A stretch of 32,000 bases of DNA from positions 150,001 through 182,000 of the forward strand of contig OZ252279.1 of assembly GCA_965250005.1 (NCBI GenBank). The letters run 5' to 3'. Each line of letters begins with the position of its first letter. Positions within the stretch are counted from its first letter, which is position 1. The notes under the pieces were generated by a model. It was given only the letters and a program-made list of their open reading frames with translations. It did not search any database and was not told the origin of the DNA. The stretch comes from Demequinaceae bacterium. GTDB lineage: Bacteria > Actinomycetota > Actinomycetes > Actinomycetales > Demequinaceae. Positions 8,228-17,233 of this stretch are shown one piece after another. A program made the translations under genes and the position numbers.

Positions 8228-8910
8228 TGCGCATTGACGTCGTCACCATCTTCCCCGAGTTCTTCGACGTGCTGCGCGTCGCGCTGCTGGGCAAGGCCCG
8301 CGAGGCCGCACTGGTGGAAACCCACGTCCACAACCTCCGCGACTGGACCGAAGACGTCCACAAGACGGTTGACGATTCGCCCTTCGGCGGGGGCGCTGGC
8401 ATGGTGATGAAGCCCGATGTCTGGGGCAAGGCGCTTGACGCTGTGCTCAAGCCTGGCGCACACCTCGTCGTCCCTTCTCCTGCGGGCGTGCCGTTCACGC
8501 AGGCGATGGCCGCGCAGCTCGCCACCGAGGACCAGATCGCGTTCGCGTGCGGCCGCTACGAAGGCATCGACCAGCGCGTATCCGACCACTACGCGGGCGA
8601 GGGCTTCAGGGTGACCGAGGTATCGCTCGGCGACTATGTGCTCAACGGGGGAGAGGTGGCCGCGTTCGCGATGATCGAGGCGATCACGCGGCTCATCCCC
8701 GGGTTCATGGGCAACGCAGAATCGATTGTCGAGGAGTCCCACGCCGACGGCCTCCTCGAGTACCCCTCGTACACTCGCCCCGCTTCGTGGCGCGGGCTGG
8801 ACGTGCCGGAGGTGCTGCTGAGCGGGCACCACGCGAAGATCGTGGCGTGGCGACGCGAGCAGTCCGAGGCCCGCACGCGCGAGCGTCGCCCGGACCTGCT
8901 TGGCGATTAG
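8227..8910 (+). CDS. trmD: tRNA (guanine-N1)-methyltransferase TrmD
   Basis: [24 protein letters not shown]..., [60 protein letters not shown]. Confidence 0.97.
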   Translation: MRIDVVTIFPEFFDVLRVALLGKAREAALVETHVHNLRDWTEDVHKTVDDSPFGGGAGMVMKPDVWGKALDAVLKPGAHLVVPSPAGVPFTQAMAAQLATEDQIAFACGRYEGIDQRVSDHYAGEGFRVTEVSLGDYVLNGGEVAAFAMIEAITRLIPGFMGNAESIVEESHADGLLEYPSYTRPASWRGLDVPEVLLSGHHAKIVAWRREQSEARTRERRPDLLGD

Positions 8911-8931
8911 TCAGCCTCAGCATCCGTGCTG

Positions 8932-8950
8932 TGGCACAATAGGCGGTCGG
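8932..8950 (+). promoter_or_regulatory. Candidate promoter -10/discriminator element upstream of rplS
   Basis: TGGCACAATAGGCGGTCGG; 17/19 match to 6768-6786; CACAAT as -10-like hexamer. Confidence 0.45.
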
Positions 8951-9069
8951 TGTACACCGTGCGAAGCCCCGCCACAGGGGGGCCCGCAATTCGGGAGTGC
9001 ACGTCAAAGCAACTCGGCCCGCGAGGGCAGATTCCGCGTTAGACCTGTGGCTAGGGCGAGGAGATAGAA

Positions 9070-9417
9070 ATGCAGAAGCTCGACGGCGTTACCGCAAGCC
9101 AGCTCCGCGACAACATTCCGGAGTTCCGCGCAGGCGACACCCTCAAGGTGCACGTCAAAGTTGTTGAAGGTACGCGCTCGCGTATTCAGGTGTTCGAGGG
9201 CGTCGTCATCTCGCGCCACGGTGGCGGAATCGGCGAGACCTTCGCGGTCCGCAAGATCTCGTTCGGCACCGGCGTGGAGCGTAAGTTTCCGCTGCACTCG
9301 CCCGTAATCGACAAGATTGAGGTTGTCTCCAAGGGCGTCGTTCGCCGGGCCAAGCTCTACTACCTGCGCGACTTGCGCGGCAAGGCTGCCCGCATTCGCG
9401 AAAAGCGCGAGAACTAG
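9070..9417 (+). CDS. rplS: 50S ribosomal protein L19
   Basis: [78 protein letters not shown]...; GAGGAG-type RBS. Confidence 0.97.
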   Translation: MQKLDGVTASQLRDNIPEFRAGDTLKVHVKVVEGTRSRIQVFEGVVISRHGGGIGETFAVRKISFGTGVERKFPLHSPVIDKIEVVSKGVVRRAKLYYLRDLRGKAARIREKREN

Positions 9418-9450
9418 GGACCCCCGGCCGTTCCGGCTGGTGACCCGCAC

Positions 9451-10224
9451 GTGGCTTCTCCCAAGGGCGCGGTGCCCGCAGTGAAGGCTGGCGCCAAGGC
9501 GTCATCAAAGTCCTCCACCGGTGCCGCAGCCAAGAGCATGGGCGCCGACGTGCCTGTGTCGTGGAGCCAGAGGGTCCTCACGTGGGCCAAAGAACTAGGA
9601 ATCATCGTCGCGAGCGCCCTGGTGCTCTCGCTGATCATCAAGACGTTCTTCTTCCAGTCGTTCTGGATTCCGTCGAGCTCCATGGAAACCACGCTGGACG
9701 TTGGCGACCGAATCCTGGTAACCAAGTGGCGCCCGGAACCCCTTGAGCTACGTCGCGGCGACATTATCGTCTTCAAGGACCCCGGCAACTGGCTAGGAAC
9801 GCCCGCCCTTCCCGCTGACCAACTTCCGGGCTGGGCCGACGGCTTCCTCACGTTCACTGGCCTGCTCCCCGAGGACGCAGGCGAGCACCTGGTAAAGCGT
9901 GTGGTCGGGCTGCCGGGAGACGTGGTGGTGTGCTGCGACGCCGACGGCTTCATCACCATCAACGGCGAGCGCCTGGTCGAGCCGTACCTTGATGCCGGAG
10001 TTGAGCCGTCTATGTCGGAATTCACCACCGAGCCGATCCCTGAGGGTTACGTGTGGGTCATGGGAGACAACCGCCCCGGAAGCGGCGATTCGCGATTCCA
10101 CCGCGCCGAACCAGGCGGCGGCGCCATCCCCATCGACAACATCGTCGGGGTAGTTTTCGCCACTGTGTGGCCCCTCAACCACTGGACAGGGCACGGAAAT
10201 CCGTTCCCCGAAGACGGCTCCTGA
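9451..10224 (+). CDS. lepB: Signal peptidase I
   Basis: FFFQSFWIPSSSMETTLDVGDRILVTKW, RGDIIVFKDP, RVVGLPGDVV, GYVWVMGDNRPGSGDSR motifs; one TM near N-terminus. Confidence 0.94.
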   Translation: MASPKGAVPAVKAGAKASSKSSTGAAAKSMGADVPVSWSQRVLTWAKELGIIVASALVLSLIIKTFFFQSFWIPSSSMETTLDVGDRILVTKWRPEPLELRRGDIIVFKDPGNWLGTPALPADQLPGWADGFLTFTGLLPEDAGEHLVKRVVGLPGDVVVCCDADGFITINGERLVEPYLDAGVEPSMSEFTTEPIPEGYVWVMGDNRPGSGDSRFHRAEPGGGAIPIDNIVGVVFATVWPLNHWTGHGNPFPEDGS

Positions 10225-10227
10225 CGC

Positions 10228-10929
10228 GTGGCGGTCTCGCTCGAGCGTGAACGTGCCCTGTGGGATGCGGGCGCCCGCGTGGTCGTGGGCGTGGACGAGG
10301 TTGGACGCGGGGCGCTAGCAGGCCCGGTGTGCGTGGGAGTGACCGCCCTTGAACCCACCGACCGGTGGCCCGAGGGTCTGGCGGACTCCAAAGAACTCAC
10401 TCCCGCGCGGCGTAACACGATGGCTGAGGCGCTCGCGGGCTACGGAATCGCCCGGGCCGTCGGGCATGCGAGTGCGACAGAAATCGACGCACACGGCATC
10501 GTTCCGGCGCTCCGCCTTGCGGGTATGCGGGCGCTCCACGATCTGAGTCAGGCCGGCGCGGCGCCCGACGCGATACTGCTCGACGGGAAGCACGACTGGC
10601 TCACGCCATCGGCGGCCGATCTGTTTGATGACGTTGTCGAGATGGAGTCGGACGGCCCGCGGCTTCCGCTTCCAGATGTAGCGGTGCCACCGGTGACGAT
10701 GGTGATTGGCGGGGACAACCTGTGTGCGTCTATCGCGGCAGGCTCGGTGATTGCCAAGGTCGAGCGCGACGCGCTGATGGTCGCGGCGCACGTCGCACAC
10801 CCCGAATACGGATGGGCAGGGAACAAGGGCTACGGCGCGGCCAGCCACCTCGATGCGCTGCGACGGCTGGGGCCTACCGCGTGGCATCGGACCTCGTGGA
10901 GCCTGCCTGAGCGAGACGGCGAGGCGTGA
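10228..10929 (+). CDS. rnhB: Ribonuclease HII
   Basis: VVGVDEVGRGALAGPVCVGVTAL, DSKELTPARR, DAILLDGKHDWL, HPEYGWAGNKGYGAASHLDAL motifs. Confidence 0.94.
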   Translation: MAVSLERERALWDAGARVVVGVDEVGRGALAGPVCVGVTALEPTDRWPEGLADSKELTPARRNTMAEALAGYGIARAVGHASATEIDAHGIVPALRLAGMRALHDLSQAGAAPDAILLDGKHDWLTPSAADLFDDVVEMESDGPRLPLPDVAVPPVTMVIGGDNLCASIAAGSVIAKVERDALMVAAHVAHPEYGWAGNKGYGAASHLDALRRLGPTAWHRTSWSLPERDGEA

Positions 10930-10981
10930 TGGACGGCGCGGCACTTCCGCATCGGCGGGCCGGACACGTCATGATTGAGCC

Positions 10982-11314
10982 ATGAATTCCGAGGACCTCG
11001 AAAACTACGAGACCGAAGCCGAGTTGGCGCTGTACCGCGAGTACCGCGATGTGGTGGGCCTGTTCAGCTACGTGGTCGAGACTGATCGGCGGTTCTACTT
11101 GTGCAACAAGGTGGACCTGACAACGAAGTCCGAGGGCGGCGACGTCTACTTTGAGCTCGCGCTGGTGGACGCGTGGGTGTGGGACGTGTACCGCTCCGCG
11201 CGCCTGGTCAAGAACGTCCGGGTGGTGACGTTCAAGGACGTCAATATCGAGGAACTCGCGCACGACGACGCGATGCCGGACATCCACGCGCTGCGGAGTC
11301 CTCGCAAGAAGTAG
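10982..11314 (+). CDS. DUF2469 domain-containing protein
   Basis: MNSEDLENYETEAELALYREYRDVVGLFSYVVETDRRFYLCNKVDL..., highly conserved actinobacterial family located between rnhB and yraN. Confidence 0.9.
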   Translation: MNSEDLENYETEAELALYREYRDVVGLFSYVVETDRRFYLCNKVDLTTKSEGGDVYFELALVDAWVWDVYRSARLVKNVRVVTFKDVNIEELAHDDAMPDIHALRSPRKK

Positions 11315-11462
11315 TCCGGGTGGTTGCGCGCGCACGCGTGGGTGCGAACCCGCGCACGTGCTGATGTCCCCAGGGCGTGATTGCTCCGCCTGACTTCTCT
11401 CCGTATCGCCGACGCTCACTCTCCGCGGCTCGCTACGGTGAGACTTGCCGCGGAGGCGAGAC

Positions 11463-11864
11463 ATGGACCAGGACGATGGTGGGACGCCGGCCGCGCGCGT
11501 GCCGCCCGGAGCGAGTAAGGACGTGATCGGCCGGTTTGGTGAGGATGTGGCCGCCCGCGTGTTGGCGGACCTGGGCTGGGAGATCCTCGAACGCAACTGG
11601 CGCTGCGCGCACGGCGAGATAGACATTGTCGGGGTTGAGGGCGATGAGGCGGTGATCGTCGAGGTGAAGGCCCGGCGCACATCGACATTCGGCTCGCCTG
11701 CCGAGGCGGTGACGCGATCCAAGCTCGCGCGGCTACGAAGGCTCGCCGCCGCGTGGCTTGCCAGCCAGGACCGCGGGTTCTCTGGGGTGCGGATTGACGT
11801 CATTGCGATCGATGTGCGGCGGCCGGGTGCTGCGCACGTCGAACACTTACGGGGCGTCGGGTGA
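11463..11864 (+). CDS. yraN: YraN / UPF0102 family endonuclease-like protein
   Basis: GRFGEDVAARVLADLGWEILERNWRCAHGEIDIVGVEGDEAVIVEVKARRTSTFGSPAEAV; start ATG 11463 after GAGG. Confidence 0.9.
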   Translation: MDQDDGGTPAARVPPGASKDVIGRFGEDVAARVLADLGWEILERNWRCAHGEIDIVGVEGDEAVIVEVKARRTSTFGSPAEAVTRSKLARLRRLAAAWLASQDRGFSGVRIDVIAIDVRRPGAAHVEHLRGVG

Positions 11865-13396
11865 TTGGGCGCACCCGCTCGGTAGTGCTCGCGGGGCTCG
11901 CCGGGCACGTCATCGATGTTGAGGCGCACGTGGCCGCGTCGCTGCCCGCCTTTACAATTGTCGGACTGCCGGACGCGAGCCTCAATGAGTCACGCGACAG
12001 GGTGAGGGCCGCCGTAGCCTCCAGCGGGATGCAGTGGCCCAACCGGCGCATCACCGTCAATTTGTCCCCCGCGTCGCTGCCCAAGTCAGGGTCTGTCACG
12101 GACCTCGCGATCGCTGTTGCGGTCCTTGCGAGCGCGCAATTGATTGACGCGCGGGAGGCCGCCCGCACCGTACACCTAGGCGAACTTGGCCTTGACGGGT
12201 GCGTGCGACCGATCCGCGGTGTGCTGCCCGCGGTGGTCGCGGCCGTCGCCGCGGGCGCCTCACGCGTGGTGGTGCCCGCCGGAAATCAGGCGGAGGCGCA
12301 GTTGGTGCCGGGAGCAGAGGTGGTTGCCATGGGGTCCCTTGGCGAGCTCGCCCAGCTCTACGGGAACGAGAAGGCGCGGCCGGCGGTGGTGTACGCGCTC
12401 ACCGCTGCGCCGGTGGCCACGCGTGTTGATGCCGACGCTGACCTGGTTGACGTCCGTGGTCAGGAGGAGGCGCGGTGGGCTCTCGAGGTGACAGCCGCTG
12501 GCGGGCACCACCTGCTCATGGTGGGGCCGCCAGGCTGCGGCAAGACCATGCTTGCGGCGCGGCTTCCCGGGATTCTGCCCGATCTCAGCAGCGACGACGC
12601 GGTCGCCGCCACCTCAGTCCACTCCATCTCAGGAACGTTTAATCCGAGTGCGGGGCTGCTACGCCGGCCGCCGTTCCAGGCGCCGCATCACTCGACCTCC
12701 GCTGCTGCGATTGTGGGCGGCGGGCCGCAGATGGCCAAGCCCGGAGCAATCTCCCGTGCCCACGGCGGAGTCCTATTCCTTGACGAGGCACCGGAGTTTC
12801 CGGCGCGCGTGCTGCAGACGCTCCGGCAGCCGCTTGAGGAAGGCCAGGTGGTGCTCCACCGTGCTGCGGGTGCCGCTCGGTACCCTGCGCGCTTCCAGCT
12901 GGTCATGGCCGCCAATCCGTGCCCGTGCGGCAAGTACACCGGAACGGGGGCGGGCTGCACGTGCGCGCCGATGGCCCGTCGTCGCTACTTTGGCCGGCTG
13001 TCCGGGCCATTGCTCGATCGCATCGACGTGCACGTAGAACTACGTCCCGTCCGGCGCGGCGCTGACGCGCCGGGGGAGTCGAGCACTGTCGTGGCGACGC
13101 GTGTCCTTGGGGCACGGCAACGGGCGCGCGAGCGGATGCGCGCCGAGGGCTGGGAGACCAACGTGCAGGCGTCGCCCCGGTGGTTGCGGGAACACACACC
13201 CAAAGCCAGCGTCCGCATTCTGTTCCGTGCGATGGACCGCGGGGTACTGACGGCGCGTGGCGTGGACCGCGCGCTGCGCGTGGCGTGGACACTCGCGGAC
13301 CTCGCCAAGGTCGAGGCGCCGGGTGAGGACCAGGTGAGCCAGGCGATGATGCTTCGTACGCGCGGGCACGCAGGCGCGGCTGGAGCGGCCGTGTGA
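11861..13396 (+). CDS. comM: YifB/ComM family Mg chelatase-like AAA ATPase
   Basis: GLAGHVIDVEAHVAASLPAFTIVGLPDASLNESRDRVRAAVASSG, Walker A GPPGCGKTMLAARLPGILP, NPCPCG, LLDRIDVHVEL, HTPKASVRI; overlaps yraN by ATG/TGA-type junction. Confidence 0.94.
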   Translation: MIGRTRSVVLAGLAGHVIDVEAHVAASLPAFTIVGLPDASLNESRDRVRAAVASSGMQWPNRRITVNLSPASLPKSGSVTDLAIAVAVLASAQLIDAREAARTVHLGELGLDGCVRPIRGVLPAVVAAVAAGASRVVVPAGNQAEAQLVPGAEVVAMGSLGELAQLYGNEKARPAVVYALTAAPVATRVDADADLVDVRGQEEARWALEVTAAGGHHLLMVGPPGCGKTMLAARLPGILPDLSSDDAVAATSVHSISGTFNPSAGLLRRPPFQAPHHSTSAAAIVGGGPQMAKPGAISRAHGGVLFLDEAPEFPARVLQTLRQPLEEGQVVLHRAAGAARYPARFQLVMAANPCPCGKYTGTGAGCTCAPMARRRYFGRLSGPLLDRIDVHVELRPVRRGADAPGESSTVVATRVLGARQRARERMRAEGWETNVQASPRWLREHTPKASVRILFRAMDRGVLTARGVDRALRVAWTLADLAKVEAPGEDQVSQAMMLRTRGHAGAAGAAV

Positions 13397-14646
13397 ACGC
13401 GGAGGCGAACACAGACGGAAGTGCAGACGTGAACGCAACCGCGAGCGCGAAGACCATCGCCAAGACAAGCGCCAAGGTCCGGTCGCTCGTGGCGTGGAGC
13501 GCCATCGCAGAACCGGGAGATGCTGAGGCGCACGCCCTGGTGGAAATGCTGGGCCCCGTTGAGGCGCTCGCATGGCTTGACGGAGCGACCGCAGACCCAG
13601 TCACGGCGACTGCGCAACTTGCCCCGCACGCGGCCCCGCCCCAGGCTGCACGTATGATCGCCGCAACCGAGCGGTGGAAGCTGCGCGGAACCGCACGAAA
13701 TTCAGACCAGCACCTGGAGCGGGCCGCTGCCGTTGGGGCGCGGGTGATCGGTAGGGGCGAGCCTGGCTGGCCCGATGAACTCGACTCGCTGGGCTTGGCT
13801 GCCCCGTACTGCCTGTGGGTGCGTGGGCCTCTCGACGTGGCCGCCGCCTGGGCTCGCTCGATTGCCATTGTTGGGTCGCGATCCAGCACGGACTACGGCG
13901 AGCACGTAGCGGGAACCATGGCGGCAGATCTCGCGGATGATGGCTGGGCAATCATCTCCGGCGGCGCCTACGGAATCGATATTCGAGCGCACCGCGGTGC
14001 GCTGGCCGTTGACGGCCCAACAGTAGCCGTGATGGCGGGCGGCGTGGACCGCATGTACCCGGTGGGAAACGCGGAGGCGCTCGATCGGATTCTGGAGGTG
14101 GGCGCGGTGGTGAGCGAGGTCCCTCCTGGGTATGCGCCGCATCGCAGTCGCTTCCTCACGCGCAATCGGCTGATCGCGGCGGCCCGCGCGACCGTCGTGA
14201 TCGAGGCGGCGCACCGCTCCGGAGCGCTCAGCACCGCGGCACACGCCGTCCAGATGGCGCGCCCGGTTGCCGCGCTGCCGGGGCCCGTCACGTCAGCGTC
14301 GTCCGCAGGGTGTCACCGGCTCATTCGGGACGGCAGTGCTGTGCTGGTGACCGCAGCCAGGGACGTCGCCGAACTCGCGGGCCCGCTCGATGCCGAGCGC
14401 GTGGCTCCAGGAGACGGCGGGGCTGGCGCTCCGCGCCTGCAGAGCGAGCTCGACGCTCCCGAGTTTTCCCAACCGAGTCATCGTCAGGCCTACGACGCGA
14501 TTGGCGGCCGGGGCTCGACGGTGGCGCAGGTGGCCGCGCTTGCCGGGCTCAGCATGGGCGAGGCGCGCGCCGCGCTCGGAGCGCTGGAGCTCGGCGGGCT
14601 GGCAGGCAGGGAAGGGGTGCTGTGGCGGTCGATTCCGCCGCGATAA
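13393..14646 (+). CDS. dprA: DNA-processing protein DprA (Smf)
   Basis: WPDELDSLGLAAPYCLWVRG, ARSIAIVGSRSSTDYGEHVAG, IISGGAYGIDIRAHRGAL, LTRNRLIAAARATVVIEAAHRSGALSTA; C-terminal winged-helix-like segment. Confidence 0.93.
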   Translation: MNAEANTDGSADVNATASAKTIAKTSAKVRSLVAWSAIAEPGDAEAHALVEMLGPVEALAWLDGATADPVTATAQLAPHAAPPQAARMIAATERWKLRGTARNSDQHLERAAAVGARVIGRGEPGWPDELDSLGLAAPYCLWVRGPLDVAAAWARSIAIVGSRSSTDYGEHVAGTMAADLADDGWAIISGGAYGIDIRAHRGALAVDGPTVAVMAGGVDRMYPVGNAEALDRILEVGAVVSEVPPGYAPHRSRFLTRNRLIAAARATVVIEAAHRSGALSTAAHAVQMARPVAALPGPVTSASSAGCHRLIRDGSAVLVTAARDVAELAGPLDAERVAPGDGGAGAPRLQSELDAPEFSQPSHRQAYDAIGGRGSTVAQVAALAGLSMGEARAALGALELGGLAGREGVLWRSIPPR

Positions 14647-14727
14647 AGCGTACGCTGGGGTGATGATGAGCCGCACGAAACTCGCGACATACGCGGACAG
14701 CACGCCTCGCAAGCCGGAGCAAACGCG

Positions 14728-15741
14728 GTGACGGGCACACCAGCACGCAAAGAGGTCGAGTCAGCAATGCTCGCGCCAGCCGAACGTGCCATCCAGGTGA
14801 TCGGTGGTGACCTCACCGAGAAGAGCCTGCGGCTTCATCTCGAGGGGCTACCGCGGGTCGATGGCGTCGGACTCGAAGCGCGAGCCGCCTCGCTCGGTAC
14901 GCGCTCGATCAAGACCACATCGAAGGCATGGGCACTCGACACGATCATCGGCCTGATCGACCTGACCACGCTCGAGGGTGCTGACACGCCAGGCAAAGTG
15001 CACTCGCTCGTTGCGAAGGCCATGACGCCTGACCCCTCAGACTTGTCTGCGCCCCGGGTCGCAGCGGTTTGTGTCTACGGCGACATGGTGCCGTACGCCG
15101 TCGCCGCGCTCGGTTCAGGCAGCGGCGTCAACGTCGCGGCGGTCGCTACAGCCTTCCCGAGCGGCCGCGCTTCGCTTCCGGTGAAACTCGCGGACACAAA
15201 GGATGCGGTCTCGGCTGGCGCGGACGAGATCGATATGGTCATCGACCGTGGGGCGTTCCTGTCTGGCCGCTACGGCCTGGTGTTCGACCAGATTGTGGCA
15301 GTCAAAGAGGCGTGCAGGCGCGACGACGGCACATACGCCCACCTCAAGGTGATCCTCGAGACCGGCGAACTGAACACCTACGACAACGTGCGCAGAGCAT
15401 CCTGGCTCGCGATCTTAGCCGGCGGCGATTTCATCAAGACCTCGACGGGCAAGGTGGCTCCGGCCGCGACGCTCCCTGTCACGCTGCTGATGCTGCAGAT
15501 GGTGCGCGACTGGCACAATCTCACCGGTGAGCGGATCGGCGTGAAACCGGCGGGTGGCATCCGGACCTCCAAAGACGCCATCAAGTACCTGGTAACAGTG
15601 GCCGAGACGGTGGGGGAGGAGTGGCTGCAGCCGCACCTATTCCGCTTCGGTGCGTCGAGCCTGCTCAATGATGTTCTGTTGCAGCGCCAGAAAATGACAA
15701 CCGGTCGCTACAGCGGCCCCGACTACGTAACGGTGGACTGA
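14728..15741 (+). CDS. deoC: Deoxyribose-phosphate aldolase (long form)
   Basis: LIDLTTLEGADTPGKV, VAAVCVYGDMVPYA, GADEIDMVIDRGAFLSG, LKVILETGELNTYDNV, GGDFIKTSTGKVAPAAT, GVKPAGGIRTSKDAI. Start could instead be ATG 14767. Confidence 0.9.
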   Translation: MTGTPARKEVESAMLAPAERAIQVIGGDLTEKSLRLHLEGLPRVDGVGLEARAASLGTRSIKTTSKAWALDTIIGLIDLTTLEGADTPGKVHSLVAKAMTPDPSDLSAPRVAAVCVYGDMVPYAVAALGSGSGVNVAAVATAFPSGRASLPVKLADTKDAVSAGADEIDMVIDRGAFLSGRYGLVFDQIVAVKEACRRDDGTYAHLKVILETGELNTYDNVRRASWLAILAGGDFIKTSTGKVAPAATLPVTLLMLQMVRDWHNLTGERIGVKPAGGIRTSKDAIKYLVTVAETVGEEWLQPHLFRFGASSLLNDVLLQRQKMTTGRYSGPDYVTVD

Positions 15742-15745
15742 GAGC

Positions 15746-17233
15746 ATGACTGCTTCTGACACGCACTTCCTTGACTATGCACCCGCGAAGCAGTCGGCCT
15801 CGCTCCTGCACCTCAAGAAGAGTTACGGGCTGTTTATCGACGGCGACTTCGCGCCGGGCAGCGGCAAGTCGTTTGCGACCATCTCGCCCGCAACCGAGGT
15901 GAAAATCGCGGACGTCGTCGCGGCCGATGCGCAGGACGTGGACCGAGCAGTCGCAGCGGCCCGCGCTGCCTACATCGGCACTTGGTCGAAATTCAGCGGA
16001 GCCGATCGCGGCAAGTTTCTTTTTCGCATCGCCCGCCTTGTTCAGGAGCGGGCCCGCGAGCTCGCCGTGGCAGAGAGCCTCGACAACGGCAAGCCGATCA
16101 AAGAGAGTCGGGATGTCGACGTTCCGCTCGTCGCGGCATGGTTCTTCTATTACGCGGGCTGGGCGGACAAACTCGACCACGCCGGTGTCGGACCGAACCC
16201 GCGCGCACTGGGAGTGGCCGCCCAGGTCATCCCCTGGAACTTTCCGTTGCTCATGCTTGCGTGGAAAATCGCACCGGCGCTCGCGGCAGGCAACACCGTC
16301 GTGATCAAGCCCGCTGAGACCACGCCCTTGTCCGCGCTTATCTTCGCCGAGATACTGCAGCAGGCCGACTTGCCAGCGGGAGTGGTCAACATCATCACGG
16401 GGGCTGGCGAAACCGGCGCCCTGCTGGTCAACCACCCCGACGTAAACAAGGTCGCGTTTACCGGGTCGACGGCGGTCGGAAGGGCGATTGCGAAGTCGAC
16501 AGCGGGGACGGGCAAGAAGCTCACTCTCGAGCTGGGCGGCAAGGCGGCAAATATCGTGTTCGACGACGCCCCGCTCGACCAAGCGATCGAAGGGATCGTT
16601 AACGGCATCTTCTTCAATCAGGGGCATGTCTGCTGTGCCGGATCGCGCCTGCTCGTCCAGGAGAACATTGAAACCGAGGTAGTCGAGCGGCTCAAAGAGC
16701 GGCTGCAAACTTTGCGGCTGGGCGATCCGCTCGACAAGAACACCGATATCGGCGCTATCAACTCCCGCGAGCAACTGGACCGCATCCGCGAGCTTTCCGA
16801 CGTTGGGGAGGCTGAGGGTGCTGTGCGCTGGAGCGCGCCGTGCGAGATCCCGGCCAAGGGTTTCTGGTTCGCGCCCACCATCTTCACGGGCGTCGAGACG
16901 AGCCATCGCATAGCCAGGGACGAGATATTCGGACCGGTGCTGAGCGTGCTGACCTTCCGTACGCCCGGAGAGGCGATCGCTAAAGCGAACAACACGCCCT
17001 ACGGCCTCTCTGCCGGGATATGGAGCGACAAAGGAGCCAAAGTTCTCGCGGTGGCTGACAAGCTTCGCGCCGGTGTCATCTGGGCGAATACGTTCAACAG
17101 GTTCGACCCTGCCTCGCCCTTTGGCGGCTACAAGGAGTCCGGCTACGGGCGCGAGGGTGGAAAACACGGCTTGGCGGCGTATCTCACGAGCGCGGCTCCG
17201 GCGGCCACACGTCGGAAGGAAGGATCACGATGA
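15746..17233 (+). CDS. Aldehyde dehydrogenase family protein (full length, catalytic)
   Basis: PWNFPLLMLAWKIAPALAAGNTVVIKPAE, VAFTGSTAVGRAI, KKLTLELGGKAANIVFDDAP, FFNQGHVCCAGSRLLVQE (catalytic Cys), EIFGPVLSVLTF, NRFDPASPFGGYKESGYGREGG. Confidence 0.94.
   Translation: MTASDTHFLDYAPAKQSASLLHLKKSYGLFIDGDFAPGSGKSFATISPATEVKIADVVAADAQDVDRAVAAARAAYIGTWSKFSGADRGKFLFRIARLVQERARELAVAESLDNGKPIKESRDVDVPLVAAWFFYYAGWADKLDHAGVGPNPRALGVAAQVIPWNFPLLMLAWKIAPALAAGNTVVIKPAETTPLSALIFAEILQQADLPAGVVNIITGAGETGALLVNHPDVNKVAFTGSTAVGRAIAKSTAGTGKKLTLELGGKAANIVFDDAPLDQAIEGIVNGIFFNQGHVCCAGSRLLVQENIETEVVERLKERLQTLRLGDPLDKNTDIGAINSREQLDRIRELSDVGEAEGAVRWSAPCEIPAKGFWFAPTIFTGVETSHRIARDEIFGPVLSVLTFRTPGEAIAKANNTPYGLSAGIWSDKGAKVLAVADKLRAGVIWANTFNRFDPASPFGGYKESGYGREGGKHGLAAYLTSAAPAATRRKEGSR

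Noticed and set aside
12903-13889. Overlapping minus-strand ORFs opposite comM/dprA
   Set aside because: Shadow frames of well-supported comM and dprA genes.
15665-17167. 500-aa minus-strand ORF opposite the aldehyde dehydrogenase
   Set aside because: The plus strand has an unambiguous full-length ALDH with catalytic motifs. The antisense frame is a typical high-GC shadow ORF with no recognisable domain.
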